From: Planctomycetota bacterium
GTDB taxonomy: Bacteria; Planctomycetota; UBA1135; UBA2386
Reading direction: 5' to 3'
Assembly (NCBI GenBank): GCA_046290465.1
Contig: JBKAGP010000001.1
Location: 3,488,001-3,552,000, forward strand
DNA length: 64,000 bases
Part shown: positions 1 to 9,739 of the stretch, one piece after another
Numbering within the stretch: the stretch's first letter is position 1
How the letters are laid out: each line of letters begins with the position of its first letter
The notes under the pieces: model-generated
What the model saw: the letters and a program-made list of their open reading frames with translations, nothing else
What the model was told of the DNA's origin: nothing
Databases searched by the model: none
Translations under genes and position numbers: made by a program

Positions 1-3000
1 CGCTGCGACGGCGCTGCTCGCGATCGTTGTCGACGTAGACGATCTCGGCGTTGGCGACCGGCGCGTTGGAGCCATCGAGCACGATGCCGGTGATCGCACC
101 GGCGAGCGGCACGGTGACGACCAGCCCGCTCAGCTCGGTGACGCCGTCGACGCGCACGTCGTCGAGCCGGCCCTCGCCGTAGAGCTGCTCGCCCTCCTGT
201 GGCCGGCGGCGCGGGCCGCGGCCCATGCGTGCCCCGGCGGTCACGCGGTAGGTGCCGGCGGCGACCGACTTCATCGTGAACTCGCCCTGCTCGTTGGTAC
301 GCGCCTGGCTGAGGCCGTTCTGCGCGATCATCCCGATCAGGCCGCTCTGGCCCGACAGGCCGCTGTCGTCGCTGCCCAGCGTGACGCGCAGGTTCGGCAC
401 CGGGTTGCCGCGGGTGTCGACGACGACGCCCGAGATCGTGCTGGTCGGCAGCTCGATGTCGAACGCGTATTCGCGCAGGCCCTCGGGCACCTCGAGCTCG
501 AACGTCGTCTGCACCGGCTGGCCCTGGAAGCGCGTGACCTGCATCACGTAGTCGCCGGGCTTGATGCCGACCAGCTCGTAGCGGCCGCTCATGTCGGCGG
601 CGTTGGCGCGCACGCCCATGCCGAGCAACCCCTGGCGGTCGCTGCCGAGCAGCGTGATCAGCGCGCGCGGCACCACCTGGCCGTTCTCGCGAACGGTGCC
701 GAAGATGCGCACGCCGTCCTCGCCCTCGTCGTGCACGTCGAGTCGCGTGGTCTTGCCGCGCCGCACGGTCACCGTCTTGAGCCGCATGTTGCTCATCAGC
801 TCGAGCGGGATGTTGTCGGCGCGCTCGTCGAGGCGCGACTTGAACACCACGTACTGGCCCGGCGGCAGGCCGTCGATCTTGTAGTAGCCGTTCTGGTCGG
901 TGGTGCCGCTGCGCATCGATCCCGCCTGCAGGCTGAACGCGACCATCAGCGCGTCGGGCAGCGGTCGCGTGCCGAGGCCGGTGACGGTGCCGTCGATCGC
1001 GCCGCCGGCGTCGATGACGATCTCGACCGGCGGCGTCTCGATGCCGGCCTGGATCGCGACGTTGGTGGTCGACGACTTGGCCATGTCCGGGTGCCGCGCG
1101 GTGAAGCGGTATTCGCCCGGCGCCAGCGCCGGCACCGTGAACGCGCCCTTGGAGTTGGTCAGGGCCGCTCGCTGGTTGGTCGACAGCGCCAGGAAGTCGA
1201 AGTCCTCGGGGTCGACCTGGAACAGGCCGCGCAGGCCGCCGCGACCGTCCTCGTCGTCGTCCTTCTTGTAGGCGGTCACCTGCGCGTCGCTGACCGGCGC
1301 GCCGGCTTCGTCGACGACGAATCCGGACACCGACTCGCCGCCGCCGCAGACGAACAGCAGGTCCTCGACGGTCGCCCCCGGCTCGAGGTCGACGGTCTGG
1401 TTCTCCGGCGGCAGGAAGCCGTCGGCGCGCACGCGCAGGCGCACGCGGCCGGGCGGGATGCCGGTCAGTTCGAAGCGGCCGTCGGTCGCCTTGACCTCGC
1501 GCCAGTTGCCGTCGAGGCTGCGGTTGCCCATGGTCATGCCCTCGGGCATCTGGCGGGTGCGCTTCTCGCGCATGCGCTGCCACGGCGGGCCGCCGCGACC
1601 GCGACCGCGCCAGCCGCGTCGGTCCGAGCTGGCGTCGATCGCGATGACGTTGCCGTCGTCGTCCCGGGGGATCTCGCGGCTGCGCGTCTCGATGCGGTAG
1701 CGCGTGATCGGCTGCTGCTGGTCGCCCTCGCCGACGACGACGCGGCCGCGGATCGTCACGCCGCGCTGCACGCGCACGACGATCTCGGGGTCGTCGAGCT
1801 CGAAGCCCGACGCGATCGCGGTGGTGTAGCCCGGCTTGCTCGCCTGGATGATCAGCCGTTCGCCGGTCATGCCGCGCACCAGGAAGCGCCCGGACGCGTC
1901 GGTCTTGGCGGTGACGCGGCGAACCTTCAGCATCATCTTGAGGAACTGCGGGTCGTTCGGCCGCTCGAACGGCCGCACCTCGACCTCGGCTCCGGCCACC
2001 GGATCGTCCTGGTCGTCGACGACCAGGCCGGTCACCGGCGAGCCGGTCGCGACCTGCAGCAGCACGTCCTCGTAGACGCCGCCGTCGACGACGGCCAGCT
2101 CGACGATGTTGCTCGGCGCGACGTCGTCGGCCGCGGCGACCACCGCGACGCGGCCGGCCGCGACGTGGTCCATACGGAAGTAGCCGTCGGCATCGGTCAC
2201 CAGCGGCTCGTTGCGGCCGTCGGCCGAGAACAGCACGCGGCTGATGTCGAGGTAGACCATCGCGACGTTGGCGCCGGCGAGCGGTTCGCCGTCCGGATCG
2301 AGCACGCGCCCCGCGACGATCGCGCCCTGGTGCGCCTGCACCGACAGCGTCGTGACCTGGCCCGCCTGCACCGCGACGCCGTGCACTTCCTCGAGCGCGA
2401 TCGACGGCGCGGTGACCGCGACGGTGTAGCCGTTGCCCTCGGGGATGCCGGGGATGTCGAAGCGGCCCTGGTCGTCGGTGACGGTGTCGAGCCAACGGTA
2501 CTGGCGGTCGGTGATCTGGCCGAGGAACGCGTTGAGACCCGGCCGCACGCTGACGTTGGCCCCGGGGGCCGGCGCGCCGTCGGCGCCGAGCACGATGCCG
2601 CGCAGCCGGCCGCCGGGCGAGGCACGCAGCTCCAGGCCTTCGACGATCTCGCCGCGGGCGACGCGCGTCGGCGTCGGGGTGCGCACGAACCAACCGTCGC
2701 TGCGCCCGTCGAGGAACAGGCGACCCGGCGTCAGGCCGGTGATCTCGAACGTTCCGTCGGGGTTGCTGACGGTCCGGCCGAGCTCGCGGCGCGGCGCGCG
2801 CGTGTCGACGAACATGCCTTGCTGGAACAGGCCGCGGAAGCGGTCGACCAGCGGCGCGAGCGACGGCTGGTCCTTGACCGCGACCACCTCGACGCCGCCG
2901 AGCGGCTGGCCGGTGCGTGCGTCGACGACGATGCCGCGCACGCCGGTGGTGCGGTCGCCGGTGACGGCTTCGGCGCGTTCGGCCGGGACGACGGCGCCGC

Positions 3001-3181
3001 CGTCCACACTCGCCGACGCCAGCCCCCCGGTCTGCGCCTCGGCGACGGGGTCGTCCGGTCCACCGTTGGGCCCGGTCGGGAGCGAAACGTCATTGGCACT
3101 GCCGAAGCCATACATCCCGAACAGGACGGCGGCGACGACGAGGACCGCGAGCACGACGGCTACGGCAGCTCGGTTCTGCAT
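1..3181 (-). CDS. Large membrane-anchored protein with repeated carboxypeptidase-regulatory-like (beta-sandwich) domains; 3' end runs off the window
   Basis: Absent from the ORF track because no stop lies in the window. Read manually from ATG 3181: MQNRAAVAVVLAVLVVAAVLFGMYGFG (TM segment), followed by repeated 'G.VVD..G.P..GA.V...TD..G.F' motifs. Confidence 0.8.
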   Translation of the reverse strand, partial: MQNRAAVAVVLAVLVVAAVLFGMYGFGSANDVSLPTGPNGGPDDPVAEAQTGGLASASVDGGAVVPAERAEAVTGDRTTGVRGIVVDARTGQPLGGVEVVAVKDQPSLAPLVDRFRGLFQQGMFVDTRAPRRELGRTVSNPDGTFEITGLTPGRLFLDGRSDGWFVRTPTPTRVARGEIVEGLELRASPGGRLRGIVLGADGAPAPGANVSVRPGLNAFLGQITDRQYRWLDTVTDDQGRFDIPGIPEGNGYTVAVTAPSIALEEVHGVAVQAGQVTTLSVQAHQGAIVAGRVLDPDGEPLAGANVAMVYLDISRVLFSADGRNEPLVTDADGYFRMDHVAAGRVAVVAAADDVAPSNIVELAVVDGGVYEDVLLQVATGSPVTGLVVDDQDDPVAGAEVEVRPFERPNDPQFLKMMLKVRRVTAKTDASGRFLVRGMTGERLIIQASKPGYTTAIASGFELDDPEIVVRVQRGVTIRGRVVVGEGDQQQPITRYRIETRSREIPRDDDGNVIAIDASSDRRGWRGRGRGGPPWQRMREKRTRQMPEGMTMGNRSLDGNWREVKATDGRFELTGIPPGRVRLRVRADGFLPPENQTVDLEPGATVEDLLFVCGGGESVSGFVVDEAGAPVSDAQVTAYKKDDDEDGRGGLRGLFQVDPEDFDFLALSTNQRAALTNSKGAFTVPALAPGEYRFTARHPDMAKSSTTNVAIQAGIETPPVEIVIDAGGAIDGTVTGLGTRPLPDALMVAFSLQAGSMRSGTTDQNGYYKIDGLPPGQYVVFKSRLDERADNIPLELMSNMRLKTVTVRRGKTTRLDVHDEGEDGVRIFGTVRENGQVVPRALITLLGSDRQGLLGMGVRANAADMSGRYELVGIKPGDYVMQVTRFQGQPVQTTFELEVPEGLREYAFDIELPTSTISGVVVDTRGNPVPNLRVTLGSDDSGLSGQSGLIGMIAQNGLSQARTNEQGEFTMKSVAAGTYRVTAGARMGRGPRRRPQEGEQLYGEGRLDDVRVDGVTELSGLVVTVPLAGAITGIVLDGSNAPVANAEIVYVDNDREQRRRS

Positions 3182-3313
3182 GGGTGGTCAGGGGGAGAGC
3201 CCCGCGGGGGCACTGCGGGGCGGGCGAGGGGTGGACGGCCCGAACGTGGTCCTGTCGGAGAAATGACGCGGAACGGCCGGAGCTCGGATCCGTCGGACGG
3301 CACAATGGCGACG

Positions 3314-5707
3314 ATGCGGGTCGCCTGGGTCGTGCTGCTGGTCGGACTGCTGGTCGGACTGCTGGCGGGGATCGCCTGGTGGCTTCGGCACGACGGCGCG
3401 CCCGCACCCCCAACGGCGACGGTGACCGAACTGCCGCTGCCGAAGAGCCTGCAGCAAGTGCGGCCGGCGTCGGACTCGCCGACACGGCGCGAGCACGTCG
3501 CGGAACCAGTCGCTGCTGCTGGGCCCGATGCGGCCGACGACACGGTGTTCGCAACGATCACGGGCCGGTGCGTTCGCCAGGAGGACGGGGCCGGTTGCGC
3601 CGACTGCCGGATCGAACTCGATCGCCCGGGCGCCGACACGCTGGTGGCCCGCAGCGACGGGCGCGGCACGTTCTCCCTGGCGGTCCCCACGGCCAGCGAC
3701 AGCTACCACCTGACCGTCTCGGCGAACGGGCGCGTCACCCGCTACAGAGACCTCGACGAGCTGCGCGCGGGCGCGACCGAGGACCTCGGCGAGCTGCCGA
3801 TGCAGCGCGGCTTCCTGGTGCCCGGCCAGCTGGTCGACACCGAAGGCGCGCCGGTCGCCGACGTGCACCTGACGGTCGCCGGCTTCGACAACCAGATCCC
3901 GGCCGGCCACACCCGCTTCGGCGCGTCGATCGCGACGACCGACGCCGCCGGGCGGTTCACGTTCGACGGCGAGATCCCGCACGGCACCTGGCAGATCCAG
4001 CTGCAGGGCGACTACGTGCTGCTCGAAGACCGCTTCTCGATCGTCGGCGACCAGGCGCCGACGCTGCAGCTGGTCGTGCGTGCGCTATCGCGGATCCAGG
4101 GTCAGGTGCTCGGTCCCGACGACCACCGCATGACCCACATCGTCGTCGCCACCGCCGATCGCGCGGTCCGCGCCGAGACCAACGCGGTCGGCGACTTCGT
4201 GCTGCGCAGCGCCGAGCCGCGGCACGGTCCGGTCGACCTGGTCGTCGACGACGGCGCCAACTGGCCCGACGCGCCGCGCACGCGCGCGCACTGGGGGGAT
4301 CACGGCATCGTGATCCGGCTGCCGGAGACGCCGCCGATCGAGGTCGAGGTCGTCGACGACCGGGGCGAGCCGGTCGAACGGTTCGGCCACCGCTTCGCCA
4401 AGGGTGGCCGCGCGTCGCAGAGCGCGCCGCCCGAGGACCACCCGGAGGGCCGGCTGCGGCTGCAACCGGGTGGACGCGGCACGTTCGTGCTGCGGGTGTT
4501 CCCCGAGTCCGAGCGCTGGGCGGCGTCGCCGCCGCACCAGGTCCTGGTCACGGCGACCCGGCAGCCGCGCCTGCGCGTGACGGTCCCGAGGCTCGACGAC
4601 GCCACCGTGCAGGTGCTCGACGCCGACGGTACGCCGGCGGCCGGGGTCGAGGTCACGCTGTTCCGCACCTACGCGGGGGTCGCCCAGCACACCGGCATCG
4701 TCGACCTGCGCCGGCCGATGTACCACCACGCCGGCGACCACAACGAACGCGTGTCGGGTGGCCGAAGCGACGGCCGCGGCAGGCTCACGATCCCGACCCC
4801 ACGCGATCCGACCGGCCTCTTGCTGCGCGTGCGGCAGGGCAACGCCCGACCCGACGACACCGTCGCGACTGCGCTCGCGCGCGAGCGGCGCCAGACGCTG
4901 GTGCTGCAGCGCTACGGACAGGTCGTCGGCCGGGTCGAGCTGCGCGGTGCCGACCACCGCGACTACGTCGTCGGCCTGTTCGACGCGGACGGCATCCGCG
5001 TCGAAGGCGCGAGCACCGCCCGGCTGAAGGCCGACGGCAGCTTCCGCAGCCCCCCGCTGCGGGTCGGCAGCTACCGCGTGCGGCTGATGAACGCGATGGC
5101 CGTGTCCGGGCCGCACACGTCGATGACGTCGTTCGTGCCGTGCCGCGTCGACGGCGCCCTGCTCGAACGACGGGCCACGGTCGCGGCGGACACGCCGGCC
5201 GAAGTGACGTTCGCGGTGCCGCAGCGCACGTTCGGGCGGCTGCGCGGCCGCCTGGTGCCGACCGACGGCGCCGGGCTGCCGGCGACGGTCTGGCTCGAAT
5301 ACGCCGACTACGACCTCGGCGCGCGCGGCGAGTTCGCCGTCGATGCGCACGGCGACTTCCACGCGACCGGCCTGCAGCCGGGTCGCTACCGGGTCGCGGT
5401 CGGGCGACCGGTGCGCGCGGGCGTGCTGGCCGAGGTCGTCACGGTCGTCGCCGGCCAGACCGTCGCGCAGTCGTTCCACTACGAAGGCCGCACGGTGCGG
5501 GTCGACCTGCTCGACGCTCGCGGCGCTCCGGTCGAACGAACCTGCTGGGTCCGCTACGCCGGCCGCACGCGCCGCATCTACGACGGCCGCTCGGTGACGT
5601 TCGCGTGCGCGCCGACGATCCCGGTCGCGTTCGCCCGCACGCCCGAAGGACCATGGACGGCTGCGAGCCTGCTCGACCAGCCGCACGTGCGCGTCACGCT
5701 ACCGTGA
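3314..5707 (+). CDS. Membrane-anchored carboxypeptidase-regulatory-like domain protein
   Basis: 3' part of ORF 731..5707. MRVAWVVLLVGLLVG TM segment; repeats such as GQLVDTEGAPVAD...TTDAAGRF. Alternative start at 3305. Confidence 0.75.
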   Translation: MRVAWVVLLVGLLVGLLAGIAWWLRHDGAPAPPTATVTELPLPKSLQQVRPASDSPTRREHVAEPVAAAGPDAADDTVFATITGRCVRQEDGAGCADCRIELDRPGADTLVARSDGRGTFSLAVPTASDSYHLTVSANGRVTRYRDLDELRAGATEDLGELPMQRGFLVPGQLVDTEGAPVADVHLTVAGFDNQIPAGHTRFGASIATTDAAGRFTFDGEIPHGTWQIQLQGDYVLLEDRFSIVGDQAPTLQLVVRALSRIQGQVLGPDDHRMTHIVVATADRAVRAETNAVGDFVLRSAEPRHGPVDLVVDDGANWPDAPRTRAHWGDHGIVIRLPETPPIEVEVVDDRGEPVERFGHRFAKGGRASQSAPPEDHPEGRLRLQPGGRGTFVLRVFPESERWAASPPHQVLVTATRQPRLRVTVPRLDDATVQVLDADGTPAAGVEVTLFRTYAGVAQHTGIVDLRRPMYHHAGDHNERVSGGRSDGRGRLTIPTPRDPTGLLLRVRQGNARPDDTVATALARERRQTLVLQRYGQVVGRVELRGADHRDYVVGLFDADGIRVEGASTARLKADGSFRSPPLRVGSYRVRLMNAMAVSGPHTSMTSFVPCRVDGALLERRATVAADTPAEVTFAVPQRTFGRLRGRLVPTDGAGLPATVWLEYADYDLGARGEFAVDAHGDFHATGLQPGRYRVAVGRPVRAGVLAEVVTVVAGQTVAQSFHYEGRTVRVDLLDARGAPVERTCWVRYAGRTRRIYDGRSVTFACAPTIPVAFARTPEGPWTAASLLDQPHVRVTLP

Positions 5708-7573
5708 CTTCGCCAGCGGCAGCCGGATCAAGAACCGGGTCTCGCCGACGCGCGTCGCATCGAGCCGGATCGTGCCGCCGTGCGCCTCGACCAGGCGGCG
5801 GCAGATCGCGAGGCCGAGGCCGGTGCCCGAGGTCTTGGTCGTGAAGTAGGGATCGAACAGCTTGTCGCGCACGTCCGTCGGCACGCCGGGTCCGTCGTCG
5901 ACGACCGTCACCAGCACGTGGTCGTCGTCGCGCCGCGAGGCCATGCCGACCTGGACCGGCCCCTGCGCCGCCTCGATCGCGTTCTGCACCAGGTTGACGA
6001 ACACGCGCGCCATCGACTTCTGGTCGATCGAGATCGAGGCGTCGCCGGCGCCGGCTGCGAAGGTCAGCGTCAACGGCTTGTCGGCGAACAGCCGCGCCGT
6101 CTGCTCGCGCAGCTCCACGAGCCAGTCGTCGGCAGAGACCACCGACTTCTGCGCCGCCGCGATGCCGGCGAACGAACGGAAGTCGCTGGCGATGCGATCG
6201 AGCGCCTCGGTCTGCTCGAGCACGGTGCGCGCGAGCCGCTCGGCGACCTGGTCGGCGCGCGGGTCGTTGTCGCCACGCGCGCGCTGCAGCAGCTGCGCCG
6301 TCATGCGCATCGGCTGCAGCGGGTTCTTGACCTCGTGCGCGACCTGACGCGCCATCTCGGCCCACGCCTGGTCGCGCTCGGCGTGCGCCAGCCGGTCCCG
6401 CCCGACCGCGAGTTCGTGCGCCATCAGGTTGAACGCCGAGGCCAGCTCGCCGAGCTCGGGGCCGCCGCGCTGCGACACCGACACGGCGAGGTCGCCCTGC
6501 GCGATGCGCCGGGTCGCGGCGACCAGCGCCTGGATCGGCGCGGTGATCGCGCGCGACGCCGCCAGCGACCAGATCACCAACACGATGATCGACACCAGGA
6601 TCGCGACCAGCAGCACCTGCTCGAACGCGTTGCTGGCGGCGAACAGCTCGGTCTCCGGCACCGCGACGCCGAGCACGAACGACCGGGCCGCCGCGCCGCC
6701 GCCGGGCGCATAGCCGACCCGCCAGCGTTCGCCGTCGGCACCGAGGGACTCGCACCGACCGAGCTCCGCCGCCGCGGCGAGGCGCACGGCGAGTTCGGGC
6801 GGCTCGAGCGGCAGGCCGTAGTGCTGCCGGTCGGTGTGCGCCTGCACGGTGCCGTTCCTGCCGATCAGGAACACCTCGGCCGACGGCAGCCGCGCCTCGT
6901 CGACGAGCACCTGCCGCGCCTCGTCGATGACCTCCTGCACCTCCGGCCAGCGCATCAGCGCGAACAACACACCCGACGGCCCCTCGGCCTTGGGCACGTC
7001 CATCGCGACGCCGAGGTGGTGGCTGCCGGGATCCATCGACCGGAAGTCCAGCCCGCGGTGCAGGTAGCGCGACCGCCCCCACGGCAGGAAGTGGGTGCCG
7101 CGCACCCGCTGCGAGCGCCCGAACCAGTCGGTACCGGCGACGCTGTCGGGGATCAGGGACGCGCGGCGCTGGTGCTGGCTCGGGTCCAGCCTGCGGCCGT
7201 CCTGCCAGTAGACGACCCGGCCGTCGGCGTCGGCGAGCATCAGCAGGTCGAGGAACTCGCTGAGCAGGTCCGGGATCATCTCGACCTGCTCGGCGAACGC
7301 CTCGAGCTCGTCGTTGAGCTGGTCGGCCGGCGTGTCGAGCACGCGCCGCGACAGTTCGCGCACGATCGCGCAGGCCTGGTCGGTGCGCTCGAGCCGGGTC
7401 TCGATCTTCTGCGTGTAGTCGGCCGCCAGCTGCGGCAGGAACACGCGCACGACCTGCTCGTCGATCTGCTCGCGCATGCCGTTCAGCGAGAACCAGCCGT
7501 AGAGCAGCAGCGGCAGCACGGCCGACACCACCAGGGTGATCAGGAACCGGCTTGCCAGCGAGAGCGCGTGCAC
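5699..7573 (-). CDS. Sensor histidine kinase (two TM, periplasmic sensor, HAMP, HisKA, HATPase)
   Basis: H-box VAHEVKNPL, N-box NLVQNA, G1 DDGPG, F-box FDPYFTTK, G2 GTGLGL. Confidence 0.93.
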   Translation of the reverse strand: MHALSLASRFLITLVVSAVLPLLLYGWFSLNGMREQIDEQVVRVFLPQLAADYTQKIETRLERTDQACAIVRELSRRVLDTPADQLNDELEAFAEQVEMIPDLLSEFLDLLMLADADGRVVYWQDGRRLDPSQHQRRASLIPDSVAGTDWFGRSQRVRGTHFLPWGRSRYLHRGLDFRSMDPGSHHLGVAMDVPKAEGPSGVLFALMRWPEVQEVIDEARQVLVDEARLPSAEVFLIGRNGTVQAHTDRQHYGLPLEPPELAVRLAAAAELGRCESLGADGERWRVGYAPGGGAAARSFVLGVAVPETELFAASNAFEQVLLVAILVSIIVLVIWSLAASRAITAPIQALVAATRRIAQGDLAVSVSQRGGPELGELASAFNLMAHELAVGRDRLAHAERDQAWAEMARQVAHEVKNPLQPMRMTAQLLQRARGDNDPRADQVAERLARTVLEQTEALDRIASDFRSFAGIAAAQKSVVSADDWLVELREQTARLFADKPLTLTFAAGAGDASISIDQKSMARVFVNLVQNAIEAAQGPVQVGMASRRDDDHVLVTVVDDGPGVPTDVRDKLFDPYFTTKTSGTGLGLAICRRLVEAHGGTIRLDATRVGETRFLIRLPLAKSR

Positions 7574-7615
7574 GCGGCGATTATGCCACGGACGCGCCCG
7601 CTTCCGACCGAAGGG

Positions 7616-8947
7616 TCAGTTGCCTTCGCCGCCGGTCTCGGCGGCCTGGGCGGCGATCGCCTTGCGCAGGCGCTCGATCTCCTTCTCGCCGTCGCGCCAG
7701 AGCTCGTAGAAGCGCTCGGCGTTGATGTAGTGGTCGAGCGCCTTCTCCAGGTCGCCCGCAGCCTCGGCGTCGATCGCCGCCTGCCACTCGGTCTTGGCGC
7801 CCTGGATGTCGATGCGCAGCGCGTCGATGCGCGCGCCCTCGTCCTGGAAGCCGTCCGGCCACTTGACGGCCAGCGCCTCGAACGCGGCCAGCGCCTCGGC
7901 CTTCTTGCCCATCACCTCGAGGTCCCGTGCAGCGCGGAACTCGGCCTGGCCCTGCAGCTTGCGGTTCTCGATCATCAGCTCGCTGATGGCGCCGCGCGAC
8001 AGCGTCGACTGCTCGAACGCCTCGTCGAGCATCTCCTTGGCCTTCTTGAACTCACCGTTGCGCATGATCAGCTGCGCCGACTCGATCAGGCCGAGCGCGG
8101 CCAGCTCCGAGGTCATCTTGTCGATCGCCTCTTGCGTGCCCTCGAGCTCCGCGTCGAGCTTCTGCGCCTGGCGGTAGAGCACCAGCGCCGCGCCGAACTG
8201 GTTGTCGCGCTCGCAGGCCTTGGCCTCCGCGAACTTGGACCGGGCGCGCTCCAGACGAGCCTCGTCGCGCAGCCGCTTGGCGTTGTCGCGGCGCTCGTCG
8301 TCGGGATCCGGCGTGTGCCGCAGCACCGACTCGGCGTGCCACGCGACCTCGATGTGGCGGAACTCGGGGTACTTGCGCACCGCCTGCAGGAATTGCGCCT
8401 GCGCCACCGCATCCATCCGCGTCAGCTCGTCCTTGACGCGCTGGATGCCGTCGTTGGCCGCCTCGAAGCCCGGCATGATCCGCTGGCTCTCGAGGTACAT
8501 CTCCATCGCCTCCTGGAACTCCCGCTGCGACAGCATCGTGTCGCCACGCAGCACCAGCGCCTTGGCCTGCTTGTGGTGGGCGTGGTCGCGCAGGTCCTGC
8601 ACCGCCTCCGGCTTGAAGTCCGGCGCCATGCGCTCGAGCTTGGCCAGCAGCCGCAGGGCATCGTCCTCCCGTTCGCGGAAGATCAGCGTCTGGGCGCGGT
8701 CGCGGATCGCCTCGTGCTTGATCCGGGTGTGCTCCTTCTCGAGCGCCTCGTCGACGCCACCGCCCTCGAGCTGGCGCAGATACTCCGTGTCGAGCACCTC
8801 GAAGGCGTGCTGCCAGTCGCCGCGACGCTCGAACGAACGGCTCTTCTCGATGACCGAACTCGTTGCGCACCCGGAGAGTAGGAGAAGTCCGAGCAGCGGG
8901 ACCGCGGTTCGGAGAAGGGCCGTCGGGAGGGGTCGCACGAAATACAT
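7616..8947 (-). CDS. TPR-like helical lipoprotein
   Basis: Start MYFVRPL..., lipobox LLSGC, helical repeats (FQEAMEMY, FGAALVLY, LEKALDHY). Confidence 0.75.
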   Translation of the reverse strand: MYFVRPLPTALLRTAVPLLGLLLLSGCATSSVIEKSRSFERRGDWQHAFEVLDTEYLRQLEGGGVDEALEKEHTRIKHEAIRDRAQTLIFREREDDALRLLAKLERMAPDFKPEAVQDLRDHAHHKQAKALVLRGDTMLSQREFQEAMEMYLESQRIMPGFEAANDGIQRVKDELTRMDAVAQAQFLQAVRKYPEFRHIEVAWHAESVLRHTPDPDDERRDNAKRLRDEARLERARSKFAEAKACERDNQFGAALVLYRQAQKLDAELEGTQEAIDKMTSELAALGLIESAQLIMRNGEFKKAKEMLDEAFEQSTLSRGAISELMIENRKLQGQAEFRAARDLEVMGKKAEALAAFEALAVKWPDGFQDEGARIDALRIDIQGAKTEWQAAIDAEAAGDLEKALDHYINAERFYELWRDGEKEIERLRKAIAAQAAETGGEGN

Positions 8948-9043
8948 GGCGGAGCTGCGGATTGGCCTTCCTGGTCGGAAGGGCCAGAATGGTCCGCCCC
9001 TGAGACCGGCGGACGGCCCGCCATCTTCCCGCCCATCCCCTAG

Positions 9044-9646
9044 ATGTCCACAGCTTCCCCCACCGGCTTCGGCCTGCACGAATACATCCGCACCATCGAG
9101 CAGGTGCTCGACCGCCGCCCCTCCAACCGGATCATCATCCGCGAGGTCTCCAAGGCCACCAAGGAGCTCTGCAGCGACGACCGCTGGCTCGAAGATCGCC
9201 ACCGGATCGGGGAGAAGGACCGCTACACGCGCCACCTGCTGCACAAGGACCCGCAGAACCGCTTCATCGTGCTGTCGCTTGTCTGGCAACCGGGCCAGAT
9301 GACGCCGATCCACGACCACGCCTGCTGGGGCGTGATGGGCCTGGTCGACAACACCCTCGAGGAGATCTGCTACGAGCGCCTCGACGACGGCTCGCGGCCG
9401 GACTTCTGCGAGCTGGAGCAGACCCGCGGCACCGACGTGTCGAAGGGCGGCGTCGCCTACCTGCTGCCGCCCTACGAGGAGATCCACCGGATCGGCAACA
9501 CCAGCGACAAGCCGACGATCTCCCTGCACGTCTACGGGCGGGACCTCGACGAGATCAACGTGTTCGATCCGGTGACCGGCAAGGTCAGCCCGATGCGCAT
9601 CAAGTACTACTCGCCCGAGATGGGCGACCAGCCGTTCATCATCTGA
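9044..9646 (+). CDS. Cysteine dioxygenase family (cupin) protein
   Basis: YTRHLL, WQPGQMTPIHDH, IHRIGN and SLHVYG motifs. Confidence 0.88.
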   Translation: MSTASPTGFGLHEYIRTIEQVLDRRPSNRIIIREVSKATKELCSDDRWLEDRHRIGEKDRYTRHLLHKDPQNRFIVLSLVWQPGQMTPIHDHACWGVMGLVDNTLEEICYERLDDGSRPDFCELEQTRGTDVSKGGVAYLLPPYEEIHRIGNTSDKPTISLHVYGRDLDEINVFDPVTGKVSPMRIKYYSPEMGDQPFII

Positions 9647-9739
9647 CCCGCTTCGGCCCGAACGGCCGGGGCGGCGCAACAACGCCAGGCGCCCTGCGAG
9701 GCCCGGTTCGCTGATGGGTCGAGCCGCCGACCGCTGTGG

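Noticed and set aside
731..3304. N-terminal ~860 aa of ORF 731..5707 (+)
   Set aside because: Antisense shadow of the real minus-strand gene 1..3181; coding signal on + starts near 3305-3314
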